A program made the position numbers and the translations under genes. This document shows positions 1 to 8,621 of a DNA stretch of 64,000 nucleotides, piece after piece (positions within the stretch are counted from its first letter, which is position 1; the number at the start of each line of letters is the position of its first letter). Origin of the DNA: a virus; IMG/VR virus record IMGVR_UViG_3300045996_000987. One strand, written 5' to 3'. The notes beneath the pieces were generated by a model, which saw only the letters and a list, made by a program, of their open reading frames with translations, was not told the origin of the DNA and searched no databases.

Positions 1-2537
1 CGGAGGCCCTTCACCGCCGCTCCCACCTCCTCGGCCGAGATACCGTGCTTGAGGAGCAGCGACGTCAACTTGCCGAGGGCCGTCGCGTACGGCCGTAGCT
101 CCTCGTCGCCCTGCTCGTCCACCACGAACGCCTCTACTGGCTGGCTGTCCGCGTTGGTGCCGACGTAGACGTAGACCTTCCGCTCTGAGCCGCTATTCGA
201 GTTCCGGAAGCTCGCCTTGAACATCGAGCCCTGCGTCTCCCGGCCACGGGTCGTGAGGTGCGTGCACGCCGCTTCCGCGAACGTCGCTCTGGCCGCGGCG
301 AGTTCCTTGCGCAGCGAGGAGATCTCGGACGTGGCGGTCCCCAACTCCATCGACAGCCGGTAGATCTCGCCTTCGCTCGTCTGAGGCCGCTCGACGTAGC
401 TCGCCGGACGCGGGTCACCCCACTCGGTTGTACCGCACTCGCAGTAAGCGAACGGCTCTTCCTTCTCGAAGGCGAACGGCTGCTTGCAGTGCTCGCAGTA
501 GGGCCAGTAGGGGATTGTCTTCGGCGTCTCGGGCGCCGGCTTGGCGGCCGGTTCCTCGGTCACCGCGGTGAGCACCTGCGCGTCCCGTGAGCCGTCTCGG
601 TAGACCGTGACACCCTTGCAGCCCGACTGCCACGCCTCCATGTAGATCGCGGCCACATCGGCGGCCGTCGCGTGGCTCGGCAGGTTGAGCGTGCTGGAGA
701 TCGAGTGGTCGATGTGCTCCTGAATGGCCGCCTGCATCTTCACACGGGCGCTCCAGTCGATGTCTGCGCTCGTGACGAAGTAGTCGGGTAGCTGAACGAT
801 CCGCTGGAACTCCTCGAACGTCTTCGGCCCTTCGGGGATGTAAATGTCCTGCCGGAGCCGGACGTCCACGGCACCCTTGTAGGCCAGCGTCAGGTAGCGC
901 GTGATGTTGTCGTTGTAGAGTTCGTAGCTCACCCACGCGTCGCCCTGCGCATCCACGTACTCCGGCGTGACGTTCTCACGCGCCGGGTCCACCTTCCGGC
1001 GGCGCTTCGTCTTGTTGGCGAAGACGGGCTCCACACCCGACGAGCAGTTGAAGGACATGATCGACGTGCTGCCCGTGGGCGCGTTCGTCAGGATCGCCCC
1101 GTTCCGCCGTCCGTTCGCCTGCATGTCGGCATAGAGGGCCGGGTCTTCCACGGCGATGCGCTGGATGAACTCGCACTTCGCATCCACCTTCGGGTCGAAG
1201 AGGGGGAAGGCGCCCCGCTGCTTGGCCAGTTCCACCGACTCCCGGTAGGCGGACAGCTTGAGCGTCCGGTAGATGACACGCGCCATCTCGATACCCTCCT
1301 CCGAGTCGTACCGGATGCCGAGGCGGGCGAGCGTATCCGCGAGGCCGTGCGTGCCGAGGCCGGTGCGACGACCATCGCGGCACTTTGCGAGGAAGCGCGA
1401 GTACAGCAGGTACTCGTCGGAGCCCCGAGCCGACTTGTCCCGGAGCGCGGTCAGCTTTTCCGCTTCGAGATCCACGAGGTCATCCGAGAGGCGCATCGCC
1501 ATCCGGGTGACGTCCTCGAAGCCGGCGACATCGAAGAACGCCTCGGCCGTGAACTCGTTCCGCACGAAGTTCGCGAGGTAGATCGAGATCAGCCGGCACG
1601 AGTCGTACGGGCACAGCGGGATCTCCCCGCACGGGTTGGTCGAAACGACGCCGAAGCCCCGGTAGCCGTTGAGCGGCAGGTTGCGCTCGATCGTGTCCCA
1701 AAACAGCACGCCGGGTTCCGCCGTCGCGCAGGCCGTCTCCGCGATGAGCGTGAAGATCTCGCGAGCGCGCACCGTCCGCGTGATCTTGCACGACTCCACG
1801 AGCGCGTTCACCGGCCAGCGTAGCGTGTACTCCTCGTCGGCCTCAACGGCGCGCATGAAGTCGTCGGTGACCTTCACCGAGACGTTGGCCCCGGTGACCT
1901 TCGAGAGATCCTTCTTCATCTCGATGAACTTCTCGATGTCCGGGTGCCGGACGTCCATCGACAGCATGAGGGCACCGCGGCGTCCACTCTGGCCAACCAT
2001 CCGGGTGACGTGCGAGAAGAACTCCGCGAAGGACCACGCACCCGTGCTCGTGATCGCGGCGTTGTTCACCGGGGCACCGGCCGGACGCAGTTCCGAGAGA
2101 TCGGTGCCGACACCGGCCCGGCGCTTGTAGAGGTTCGCCATGTCCCGAGCGACGTTGAAGATGTCGCTCATGTTGTCCTGCGGCGCGGGGAGCACCTTGC
2201 AGTTGCTCGTGCTCACCAGTTGAAAGGTGTTCCCGATGCCGAACATCGGGCTGCCCTGCGGCACGATCTCCGCGAAGTTGTCGAGGTGCGAGAAGATCTC
2301 CTCTGCGCGCCGCGCGTGCAGGTAGCGCTCCTCGATCCGCGCGAACTCACGGGCCATCCGCCAGTGCATATCCGCAGGCGTGCGCTCGTAGTAAACGCCG
2401 TTCTGGTCACGAAGGGCGTACTTCTCCACGAAGACGTTCGCGGCGAGCGTGGGATTGCTCTGCCCCTGTCGCCCGCCGAAGTACACCTCCGACGCCGCCT
2501 GCACCTCTGCCTTCTCAAAAGTCTCTCGTTCCGTCAT
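1..2537 (-). CDS. nrdJ: Class II (adenosylcobalamin-dependent) ribonucleotide reductase, partial; C-terminus runs off the left edge
   Basis: Continuous minus-strand frame from ATG at 2537..2535 to position 1, absent from the ORF track because it lacks a stop. Translation carries the TNPCGEIPL thiyl-radical motif and a C-terminal Cys cluster. CAAGTAACC plus a GAGGCGAGG RBS lie upstream. Confidence 0.85.
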   Translation of the reverse strand, partial: MTERETFEKAEVQAASEVYFGGRQGQSNPTLAANVFVEKYALRDQNGVYYERTPADMHWRMAREFARIEERYLHARRAEEIFSHLDNFAEIVPQGSPMFGIGNTFQLVSTSNCKVLPAPQDNMSDIFNVARDMANLYKRRAGVGTDLSELRPAGAPVNNAAITSTGAWSFAEFFSHVTRMVGQSGRRGALMLSMDVRHPDIEKFIEMKKDLSKVTGANVSVKVTDDFMRAVEADEEYTLRWPVNALVESCKITRTVRAREIFTLIAETACATAEPGVLFWDTIERNLPLNGYRGFGVVSTNPCGEIPLCPYDSCRLISIYLANFVRNEFTAEAFFDVAGFEDVTRMAMRLSDDLVDLEAEKLTALRDKSARGSDEYLLYSRFLAKCRDGRRTGLGTHGLADTLARLGIRYDSEEGIEMARVIYRTLKLSAYRESVELAKQRGAFPLFDPKVDAKCEFIQRIAVEDPALYADMQANGRRNGAILTNAPTGSTSIMSFNCSSGVEPVFANKTKRRRKVDPARENVTPEYVDAQGDAWVSYELYNDNITRYLTLAYKGAVDVRLRQDIYIPEGPKTFEEFQRIVQLPDYFVTSADIDWSARVKMQAAIQEHIDHSISSTLNLPSHATAADVAAIYMEAWQSGCKGVTVYRDGSRDAQVLTAVTEEPAAKPAPETPKTIPYWPYCEHCKQPFAFEKEEPFAYCECGTTEWGDPRPASYVERPQTSEGEIYRLSMELGTATSEISSLRKELAAARATFAEAACTHLTTRGRETQGSMFKASFRNSNSGSERKVYVYVGTNADSQPVEAFVVDEQGDEELRPYATALGKLTSLLLKHGISAEEVGAAVKGL

Positions 2538-2595
2538 GCCTCGCCTCTGCGGTTACTTGCTCTTCGATTACTCAGCGCACGATGTGCGCACGGTT

Positions 2596-2623
2596 TACCT
2601 CCCGGCAGGCCGTAACTAGGACA
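2596..2623 (-). promoter_or_regulatory. Promoter-like element TGTCCT-N14-GGGAGGTA upstream of nrdJ
   Basis: Reverse complement of tacctccc(2596-2603)...aggaca(2618-2623); same element and spacing as 10 other copies. Confidence 0.4.
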
Positions 2624-2675
2624 GACGAAGGGCGCCGGTTGCCCGACGCCCCCGTTCGTGCCGGACCCCTAAGTC

Positions 2676-3116
2676 CTAGTGAGCCCACATCGGGATCAGT
2701 TGCCCATCGTCTGTCATCACCCGGAGGCTGATCCCAGCCTCGGTGAGCAGCGCCAACCCCTCCGGCGAACGGTACTGCTGGCGGAACACGACGTGCCGGA
2801 CCTTCGAGTTGATGATCGCTTCGGCACACGCCGCGCATGGGCTGTGCGTGACGAACATCATTAGCTCGCCCTCGTGGTAGGGCGCCTTGATGAGCGCGTT
2901 CATCTCGGCATGGAGCTTACACCCACAGTTCCCCGGCTCGTCCCGGAGGCACCCATTCGGGAGCCCCCGAGCGCGGCCGTTGTACCCGACGCTCCATGAG
3001 ATTGTCATCTCCATGTTGGTGATGACCGCCCCGACTTGGAGCCGGGCGCAGGTGCCACGGGTGGCCACCACTTCCGCGATGCACATCCACATCTCGGGCA
3101 GTGAGGGCCGTTCCAT
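2676..3116 (-). CDS. dCMP deaminase (deoxycytidylate deaminase)
   Basis: HAEMNAL and SPCAACA zinc-binding motifs. Start refined to MERPSL (ATG 3116), overlapping the upstream stop as TGATG. Confidence 0.8.
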   Translation of the reverse strand: MERPSLPEMWMCIAEVVATRGTCARLQVGAVITNMEMTISWSVGYNGRARGLPNGCLRDEPGNCGCKLHAEMNALIKAPYHEGELMMFVTHSPCAACAEAIINSKVRHVVFRQQYRSPEGLALLTEAGISLRVMTDDGQLIPMWAH

Positions 3117-3316
3117 CACGCCGGCACCGTGACGGGTCCGGGTCCGGGCATCACCCACAGCGCCTCCTCCTCGTCCTCCTCGATCTCGTCATCGTGGTCC
3201 TCGTCCTGCTCTTCGTCCTCATCCCCGAACAGGGTGGCCGAGAGCACGAAGAGGATGCCAATGACGGCGAGGATGAGCGAGAGGTACGGCGAGGGGCTGT
3301 ACTCCACGAGCCTCAT
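3116..3316 (-). CDS. Small hydrophobic protein with acidic N-terminal half
   Basis: 66-aa ORF: acidic run (DEDEEQDEDHDDEIEEDEEE) then a hydrophobic helix; translationally coupled on both sides. Confidence 0.4.
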   Translation of the reverse strand: MRLVEYSPSPYLSLILAVIGILFVLSATLFGDEDEEQDEDHDDEIEEDEEEALWVMPGPGPVTVPA

Positions 3317-3648
3317 CGCACGGCCCTCAGTCGATCTGCGAGCTTGACGTACGGCACGCGGCCGACGAAGCTCTCGATGACATGCTGGTTGCGGACGAAG
3401 AGCGTCGTGGGGAAGGCCGTGATGCGATACCGGGCCGCCGAGGCGGGACAGGCATCCACGTTCGCCTTAACCACAGCGAAACGGCCGGCGAACTCCTGCG
3501 CGAGCATGTCGAGGGACGGCGCCATCAGCTTGCACGGGCCGCAGTCCGTCTTGTAGAACTCTAGGACGACCACATCGGACGGCAGGCCGAGCAGCAGCGA
3601 CTCAAGGTGGCGGTCGTCCGGGACGTCTATGGCTTTCGCGTTATTCAT
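3313..3648 (-). CDS. trx: Thioredoxin
   Basis: FYKTDCGPCK active site and thioredoxin-fold pattern; CAAGTAACC 6 nt upstream of the ATG. Confidence 0.8.
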   Translation of the reverse strand: MNNAKAIDVPDDRHLESLLLGLPSDVVVLEFYKTDCGPCKLMAPSLDMLAQEFAGRFAVVKANVDACPASAARYRITAFPTTLFVRNQHVIESFVGRVPYVKLADRLRAVR

Positions 3649-3847
3649 CGGGGGTTACTTGTGACATGGCATGCGCCGCATTGACGGTTTCCCGCAGTAG
3701 CTCCAGCGCGTTGCCGATGATCTCGAAGTCGAAGGCCGTGAGGTCTTCGATGCTACGTCCCTGTGACCGGGACTTGCCCACCTTCCGGCGAAGCAGATCA
3801 ATGCGATTGATCGTGCGCTTCACGTCGTGCGTCTCGGAAGCCGGCAT
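3641..3847 (-). CDS. Hypothetical protein
   Basis: 68-aa ORF; CAAGTAATCGAGG upstream of the ATG. Confidence 0.35.
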   Translation of the reverse strand: MPASETHDVKRTINRIDLLRRKVGKSRSQGRSIEDLTAFDFEIIGNALELLRETVNAAHAMSQVTPDE

Positions 3848-3857
3848 TGTACCTCGA

Positions 3858-4340
3858 TTACTTGGGGCGACGCTGCTTGGGCTTCGTCTTTGTAGGCTTT
3901 GGCGTGCGGCGCGGTGGCGGGGAGGGAGACTTCTTCGGTGCGGGCTTCTTGGCCGGTGGGGGCGTAATCGCCGCAGTCGGGGCTTTCACGCGCCAGATGC
4001 CGTCCTTGCCGATCGTGCCGGTCGCGAACCGCTTGGCGTCGGGACCGCGGAGGGTCTGTTTCTTCCGGAATGGGGCCACCGCTTCCGCGCCCACGTAGCC
4101 ATCGAGAAACGAGACGATCACCTCTGTAGGACAGGCGGGATTCCCGCACGGGTACTTGAGATTGCTCACGCCGGGGATGCCGGACGGATTCCGTGTCCAT
4201 CCGCGATGCCCGGCAAGCTCGTGCTCGACCCTCTTGGCCAGCGACGGGATCGAGAAGCAGTGCGGGCAGATGGTCTTTCCGCTGTCTGGCGCATAGGCGC
4301 ACGCGACGCGTTGGACCTTGATCTTCGGGGTGCGTGCCAT
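3858..4340 (-). CDS. Zinc-ribbon protein with Pro/Lys-rich basic tail (histone H1-like), putative DNA binding
   Basis: CPHC...CGNPAC Cys4 motif; C-terminal PPPAKKPAPKKSPSPPPRRTPKPTKTKPKQRRPK. Confidence 0.45.
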   Translation of the reverse strand: MARTPKIKVQRVACAYAPDSGKTICPHCFSIPSLAKRVEHELAGHRGWTRNPSGIPGVSNLKYPCGNPACPTEVIVSFLDGYVGAEAVAPFRKKQTLRGPDAKRFATGTIGKDGIWRVKAPTAAITPPPAKKPAPKKSPSPPPRRTPKPTKTKPKQRRPK

Positions 4341-4395
4341 CGTGCGACGGGGGTGCGGTGGAGCACGCCGTGTGACGTGCCCCGACCGCTCCCGC

Positions 4396-4851
4396 TCAGA
4401 AGGGCAGGCCGGACTTGTTGTCCGCGGACACGCCCGAGGGGCGGTTCACGGGACCACGGCCCGAGCGACGCGCGCCAGAGGGCGCCGACGACGAGGCACC
4501 ACGATCGGACCCACGCGGGGCCGACGCCTCACCGCCCATGGCCTCCTGATACTTCGCGAACGCAGCCTGCGCCATCTCCTCGACGTACTTGACACCGCGC
4601 TCATCACGAGCCTCGGCATCCACGTCATAGGCGGCACGCCAGAAGTCCGAGTATTCCGTCTTCCCGTCCTTCTCGTAGCTGCGGAACGGCGCGGCAACGA
4701 ACACGCCGTTCTTCCCCTCGATCAGCCGCACATCGCGGAACTCGATACCGATCTCGGTATCGACCGTCGTGAAGTAGGCGAGGACATTGCCCTTGCCGTT
4801 CTTCACGGGGCGCATGGCGTACTTACCGGGGAACTGGAAACGCTGGCTCAT
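4396..4851 (-). CDS. SpoVG-like nucleic-acid-binding protein with Gly/Ser/Arg-rich linker and C-terminal ...SGLPF tip
   Basis: RLIEGKNGVFVAAPFRSYEKDGKTEYSDF resembles the SpoVG core; start refined to MSQRF (ATG 4851) with GGAGCAAGTAACA upstream. Confidence 0.4.
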   Translation of the reverse strand: MSQRFQFPGKYAMRPVKNGKGNVLAYFTTVDTEIGIEFRDVRLIEGKNGVFVAAPFRSYEKDGKTEYSDFWRAAYDVDAEARDERGVKYVEEMAQAAFAKYQEAMGGEASAPRGSDRGASSSAPSGARRSGRGPVNRPSGVSADNKSGLPF

Positions 4852-4909
4852 GTTACTTGCTCCATCGAAGTGATTACTCGGCGGCATCACCGCGATGCCG
4901 CACACCCGG

Positions 4910-4937
4910 TACCTCTCGATGGGCCGTAACTAGGACA
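4910..4937 (-). promoter_or_regulatory. Promoter-like element TGTCCT-N14-GAGAGGTA
   Basis: Reverse complement of tacctctc...aggaca; sits directly downstream of the terminator at 4948-4980. Confidence 0.4.
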
Positions 4938-4947
4938 GAAACGAAAA

Positions 4948-4980
4948 GAGCCCCGGCAGCCGTGATGGCCACCGGGGCTC
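4948..4980 (-). terminator. Rho-independent terminator after gene 5001..5453
   Basis: GAGCCCCGG...CCGGGGCTC hairpin followed by a T-run on the minus strand. Confidence 0.55.
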
Positions 4981-5000
4981 GCCCGTGCGGTACTGGCGGG

Positions 5001-5453
5001 CTACTTGAGGTGCCCGCGCTCGCGTAGGTACGCCTCTGTCTCTTCCATTGCCTGATGCTCCGCGGCGTCGCCCTCCAGCACCTCATGCTTCACCGTGTCG
5101 AGATCCCAGCCGGCAAGAGCGAGTCGTTCCTGCTGCGCGATGAAGGCGCGGAGATCCGGGGAACCATCCGGCTTGCGCGGCGTGCCAAACGTGGTGATCT
5201 CGTAGACACAGACCGTGCCGACTGCGTGCTTCGGCTGCGGGCGCTTCTCGCAGAACTCCAGCATCGCCTTGAACTCCGGACGGTCGAAGGTCATACCGTT
5301 CGCCGTAGGGCCGAGATCCATGAACTGCCGCTCGGGCGGGACCGGCCCGAAGCGCTGCTCCAGCATGGCGAGTTGCTGCGCGACGGAGAGCGTGTGCAGA
5401 CCGTCTGCCCGGACGTAGAAGACCTTCGGCTTGCGGGGTAGTCGGCCTGTCAT
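5001..5453 (-). CDS. Serine-recombinase (resolvase) catalytic-domain-like protein with the active-site Ser replaced
   Basis: VFYVRADGLHTLSVAQQLAMLEQ...DRPEFKAMLEF aligns to the resolvase N-domain (YxRVSTxxQ...DRPg), but RVS is RAD; no recombinase or Zn-ribbon domain follows. Confidence 0.45.
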   Translation of the reverse strand: MTGRLPRKPKVFYVRADGLHTLSVAQQLAMLEQRFGPVPPERQFMDLGPTANGMTFDRPEFKAMLEFCEKRPQPKHAVGTVCVYEITTFGTPRKPDGSPDLRAFIAQQERLALAGWDLDTVKHEVLEGDAAEHQAMEETEAYLRERGHLK

Positions 5454-5456
5454 GGT

Positions 5457-5672
5457 TCAGGGGGTGGGGACGGGGAGGTTCTGGAAGGCGGGGCCGGTGT
5501 CCCGCACGATGCGGCCGGTCGGGGAGGTGGGGGCGGGCTTGTCGTAGCGGTGCGTCTTGTAGAGTTGGTCCGCCCACTCCAGCGCCTCGCGGGGGCTCCA
5601 GCCCCGCTTCCGCATCTGCTCGACACGCTGCTCGTGCATCTGGTCGAACTGCTCTCTCGGGACGACGATCAT
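5457..5672 (-). CDS. Hypothetical protein
   Basis: ORF with start refined to MIVVP (ATGA overlap with the upstream stop). Confidence 0.35.
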   Translation of the reverse strand: MIVVPREQFDQMHEQRVEQMRKRGWSPREALEWADQLYKTHRYDKPAPTSPTGRIVRDTGPAFQNLPVPTP

Positions 5673-6019
5673 GGCGCGCATGGAGGTGGGGCGGTGGGGT
5701 CGAGTCGAGTGGCGGTGCGATAGTACCAGCATTCGTACGCGCCTTCGGTCGGGGTGTAGTGCCGTTGGTGACGCTCGCGCTCGGCTAGGAGAGCCAGCGT
5801 CGCCGCGTTGGCCTCAACCGTACGCAGATGATTGTCGGCGGGCATTTCGATCACCACCCACTTCTCGTCGGTGACAGTGGTGTGCTCCGTCGAGGTGTTC
5901 ACCCACTCTTTCTCGTTGATCTTGACGTGCTTGCGCTCGGTGACCGTGTGGTAGAGCACGAGGTGGACCCGCACCGCGATGGTGTCGGTCTTGCGCTCGT
6001 TCTGCGCCATGAGGCTCAT
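5669..6019 (-). CDS. Hypothetical protein
   Basis: 116-aa ORF, codon usage consistent with neighbours. Confidence 0.4.
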   Translation of the reverse strand: MSLMAQNERKTDTIAVRVHLVLYHTVTERKHVKINEKEWVNTSTEHTTVTDEKWVVIEMPADNHLRTVEANAATLALLAERERHQRHYTPTEGAYECWYYRTATRLDPTAPPPCAP

Positions 6020-6020
6020 G

Positions 6021-6236
6021 TCAGTTATACCTCTCCTCGCAGGTGACGCCCCGTGCGTGCTCGATCGGGGACAGCCGGCGCTCGACGTCGCGTCGGTCCT
6101 GCTCCGACCGCGCTTCCGCCTCGATGTCGATGGGCTTGGGTTGCTGGCCGGGGGCGAGCCGGTCGGCCGCGCGCTTCTCGATGAGTTGCCATGTGCCGCG
6201 GAGCGCGAGTCGCCATACGTAGCGGTCCAGTGTCAT
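6021..6236 (-). CDS. Hypothetical protein
   Basis: 71-aa ORF. Confidence 0.3.
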   Translation of the reverse strand: MTLDRYVWRLALRGTWQLIEKRAADRLAPGQQPKPIDIEAEARSEQDRRDVERRLSPIEHARGVTCEERYN

Positions 6237-6439
6237 AGCTGTCTTTGGCGCAGCCCCGCTTCGATCTGGTCCGCCATGCTCCGCAGCATCGCGGGCAGGG
6301 CCACGGTGGTTGCGAGTGTCGCCTGCACCGAGAAGCCGCTGCCCTTGGCGCCGTTGATGACGAGGAGCGCGACTTCACCCCCGACGCGTTCGCGCACGTC
6401 GGTGGTGATGTCGTCGTATGTGCCGGGTCCGAGGGGCAT
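6233..6439 (-). CDS. Hypothetical protein
   Basis: ORF 6233..6514 with start refined to MPLGPG, overlapping the upstream stop. Confidence 0.3.
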   Translation of the reverse strand: MPLGPGTYDDITTDVRERVGGEVALLVINGAKGSGFSVQATLATTVALPAMLRSMADQIEAGLRQRQL

Positions 6440-6702
6440 TAGGAAGGTGTGTGTGGGGTCGGGGCAGGGTCCGTGGCACGGCGCAGGAACGATCCTGTAC
6501 CATGCACGCCCCATCCGAGGGCGTCGTCAATCTCCGCGCCCGTGCGGCGATCGAAGGACCACTCGTAGCAGTGGATGAGCGTGGCCGTCACCTTGGTCAC
6601 GCGCAGGGGCACAGGTATGACCCCCGCAAGGTACCGGATCACGGTGTCGCCCACCTTCACGTCGGTCAGGTTCACGGCAGGGACGTTCTCTGGCGCGGTC
6701 AT
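6439..6702 (-). CDS. Hypothetical protein
   Basis: 87-aa ORF. Confidence 0.35.
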   Translation of the reverse strand: MTAPENVPAVNLTDVKVGDTVIRYLAGVIPVPLRVTKVTATLIHCYEWSFDRRTGAEIDDALGWGVHGTGSFLRRATDPAPTPHTPS

Positions 6703-6711
6703 GTTCCTCCG

Positions 6712-6897
6712 TTACGCTAGTGCCTTGGCGAGCTTGCGGCATTTCGTGCACTCGATGGCCTCGATCCCACCAGTGGCGCGGCAAAACTCCGCGCGCTTGG
6801 CGACGATCGCCCCGCAAGCCGGGCGCAGATCCTCCGTGATGAGGTGGACGCGCCCGATCTTGTTCGAGATCGTGTTCTTATAGTACCCGATCTTCAT
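6712..6897 (-). CDS. Small zinc-ribbon protein
   Basis: 61 aa with CGA...C and C..C pairs. Confidence 0.35.
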   Translation of the reverse strand: MKIGYYKNTISNKIGRVHLITEDLRPACGAIVAKRAEFCRATGGIEAIECTKCRKLAKALA

Positions 6898-7154
6898 TCC
6901 AGCCTACCGATGCTGCGGAAGTAGTCGATGTCTTCGAGCGTCGGGTGGTTCGGACAGTCGCGGCGAAGCTCGGCTTCGAGCGGCAGGCCCATCTTGGCCA
7001 CGGCCAGCCGAAACTCCTCCGGCCCGCACAACTCCGCGAGCATCCGGCCCACCGACATCAACTGCGCCTCGCCCTGCTCCGTCCCGGTGGTCACACGGTA
7101 GCCACCGTCGTTCACGATGTCGTTCACGTCGTCCGGCGTAATCGGCTGCGTCAT
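6894..7154 (-). CDS. Hypothetical protein
   Basis: 86-aa ORF. Confidence 0.4.
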   Translation of the reverse strand: MTQPITPDDVNDIVNDGGYRVTTGTEQGEAQLMSVGRMLAELCGPEEFRLAVAKMGLPLEAELRRDCPNHPTLEDIDYFRSIGRLE

Positions 7155-7215
7155 GGCGTCCTCACTGGGGATGAATGGGTACAGGAAATGTACGGCTGCT
7201 ACGGATCAGTGCAAC

Positions 7216-8529
7216 TCACTCGTCCGCTTTCTTGGCGGACTTCCGCGGCGCTCTCGGCTTTTTCGGCGCCGGTTCTTTCTTCGGCTTGGCCGCCTTCTCC
7301 ACGGGCTCCTCGCCGCGCTGCTTGCGGAAGAAGTTGTCGGTGATGCGAGTGTCTTCGTCGGTCGTCGGCTCGATCGTTGGCGCCGGTACTTCGATTGGCC
7401 GGTGCGAGGCGTACTCGAACGCGGCCTCGGGGTCCATGCCGTCTGCGACGAGATCGTATTCGAGCCGGGGGTTCGGGCAGACTTCGGAGCCGTGGAAGGC
7501 GCAGAAGTCGCAGAGCCACGAGTGGCTGCCCTTGCTCGACCGATCGGGCTTGGCCACGGTCCCCCGTGACTTGCGGAGCACGAGCGTGTCTAGGATCTCG
7601 CGCGCCTCGCTGCGGATGTACTCCTCGACCCACTCGACGGTGCCGAGGTCGATCGGGTACATGGGCCACGGCTTGAACGGGTGCCGATAGTCATCCTTCC
7701 ATACGAAAGGACCACCGCCCGTCCATGGCGCCTCGCCCATCGCGAATGCCTGAATGTGCGACTCGACCATGACTACCTGCTTCACCCCGCGTGCCACGAG
7801 CGAGGCCGGGGGCGTCGAGCGACTGGCGAGGTACGCGTACACGCGGGCCTGCTTCACATAGTCGTCCTTGATCGCCGGGTGCAGCGTGTTCTTCGGGTCA
7901 CCCTTCACGAAGAGGCGCAGGGCGTACTCTTTCTGCGTCTTGATGTCGTGGAGCTTGCACGGCAGCACGCCTGTCTCGGCATCGAACAGATGCCAGAGCG
8001 GCTGGGAGCCGTCGAGCGTGCCGCCGAGGATGATGACGAGATCACTCGGTAGCCCCTCGGCCGTGCAGACCGGGCACTCTAGCTGCGCGTAGGTCGCGAG
8101 GTCATCGACGTCGGTGTCGGCCGGAATCGGGAAGCCGCCGTGCCCTTCACGCAGGCAGAAGCCGACCTTCATGTTCCATTCGAGCACGAAGCCGTAATCC
8201 ACGAGGCTCTTGCCGCTCGATAGGACGACCGTCGCGGCTTCCTCGATCACCGTGTGGGTGATCGTTCCGCGGAACGCGGCGTAGCACTCCTCGTAGTAGG
8301 GCGCGTAGTCTAGCTCGCGCTCGGCACGCAGGCGGCGCTTGCACGACGGGAGGGCCGTCGCGCTGACATAGCGGCCTTTGTGATGATTCTTCTGATTGAC
8401 CGCGGCGATGGCGGCCATCAGGAATGGGGAGTAGCACTGGTGCTGGCACTGCGTGATGCAGTGCTCGACGTCGTGCTGCTCACCAAAGGTCGGCTTGCCG
8501 GGCGGGCAGGCGAAGGCGGCGATGGGCAT
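7216..8529 (-). CDS. Putative Cas4/RecB-family PD-(D/E)XK nuclease with Fe-S-type Cys cluster and Lys-rich tail
   Basis: LHDIKTQK resembles the RecB-family (D/E)YKT motif. N-terminal CITQCQHQC and C-terminal CDFCAFHGSEVC clusters. Tail KPKKEPAPKKPRAPRKSAKK. CAAGTAACCCGGAGAGAC-ATG upstream. Confidence 0.45.
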   Translation of the reverse strand: MPIAAFACPPGKPTFGEQHDVEHCITQCQHQCYSPFLMAAIAAVNQKNHHKGRYVSATALPSCKRRLRAERELDYAPYYEECYAAFRGTITHTVIEEAATVVLSSGKSLVDYGFVLEWNMKVGFCLREGHGGFPIPADTDVDDLATYAQLECPVCTAEGLPSDLVIILGGTLDGSQPLWHLFDAETGVLPCKLHDIKTQKEYALRLFVKGDPKNTLHPAIKDDYVKQARVYAYLASRSTPPASLVARGVKQVVMVESHIQAFAMGEAPWTGGGPFVWKDDYRHPFKPWPMYPIDLGTVEWVEEYIRSEAREILDTLVLRKSRGTVAKPDRSSKGSHSWLCDFCAFHGSEVCPNPRLEYDLVADGMDPEAAFEYASHRPIEVPAPTIEPTTDEDTRITDNFFRKQRGEEPVEKAAKPKKEPAPKKPRAPRKSAKKADE

Positions 8530-8621
8530 GTCTCTCCGGGTTACTTGTGTCGTGCGGTGATTTGATGAAGCGTCTTTTAATAGCGGGGCGGGCTATTAAA
8601 GTTTCGGGCGCTTTCCTTTAA

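Noticed and set aside
134-2615. Many plus- and minus-strand track ORFs overlapping nrdJ
   Set aside because: They lie in alternative frames of, or antisense to, the clearly real RNR frame (NPCGEIPL motif) and have Arg/Gly-rich composition.
3116-3158. Longer dCMP deaminase start (MGDARTRTRHGAGV...)
   Set aside because: The extension overlaps the upstream gene by 43 nt and lacks an RBS; the MERPSL start is translationally coupled (TGATG).
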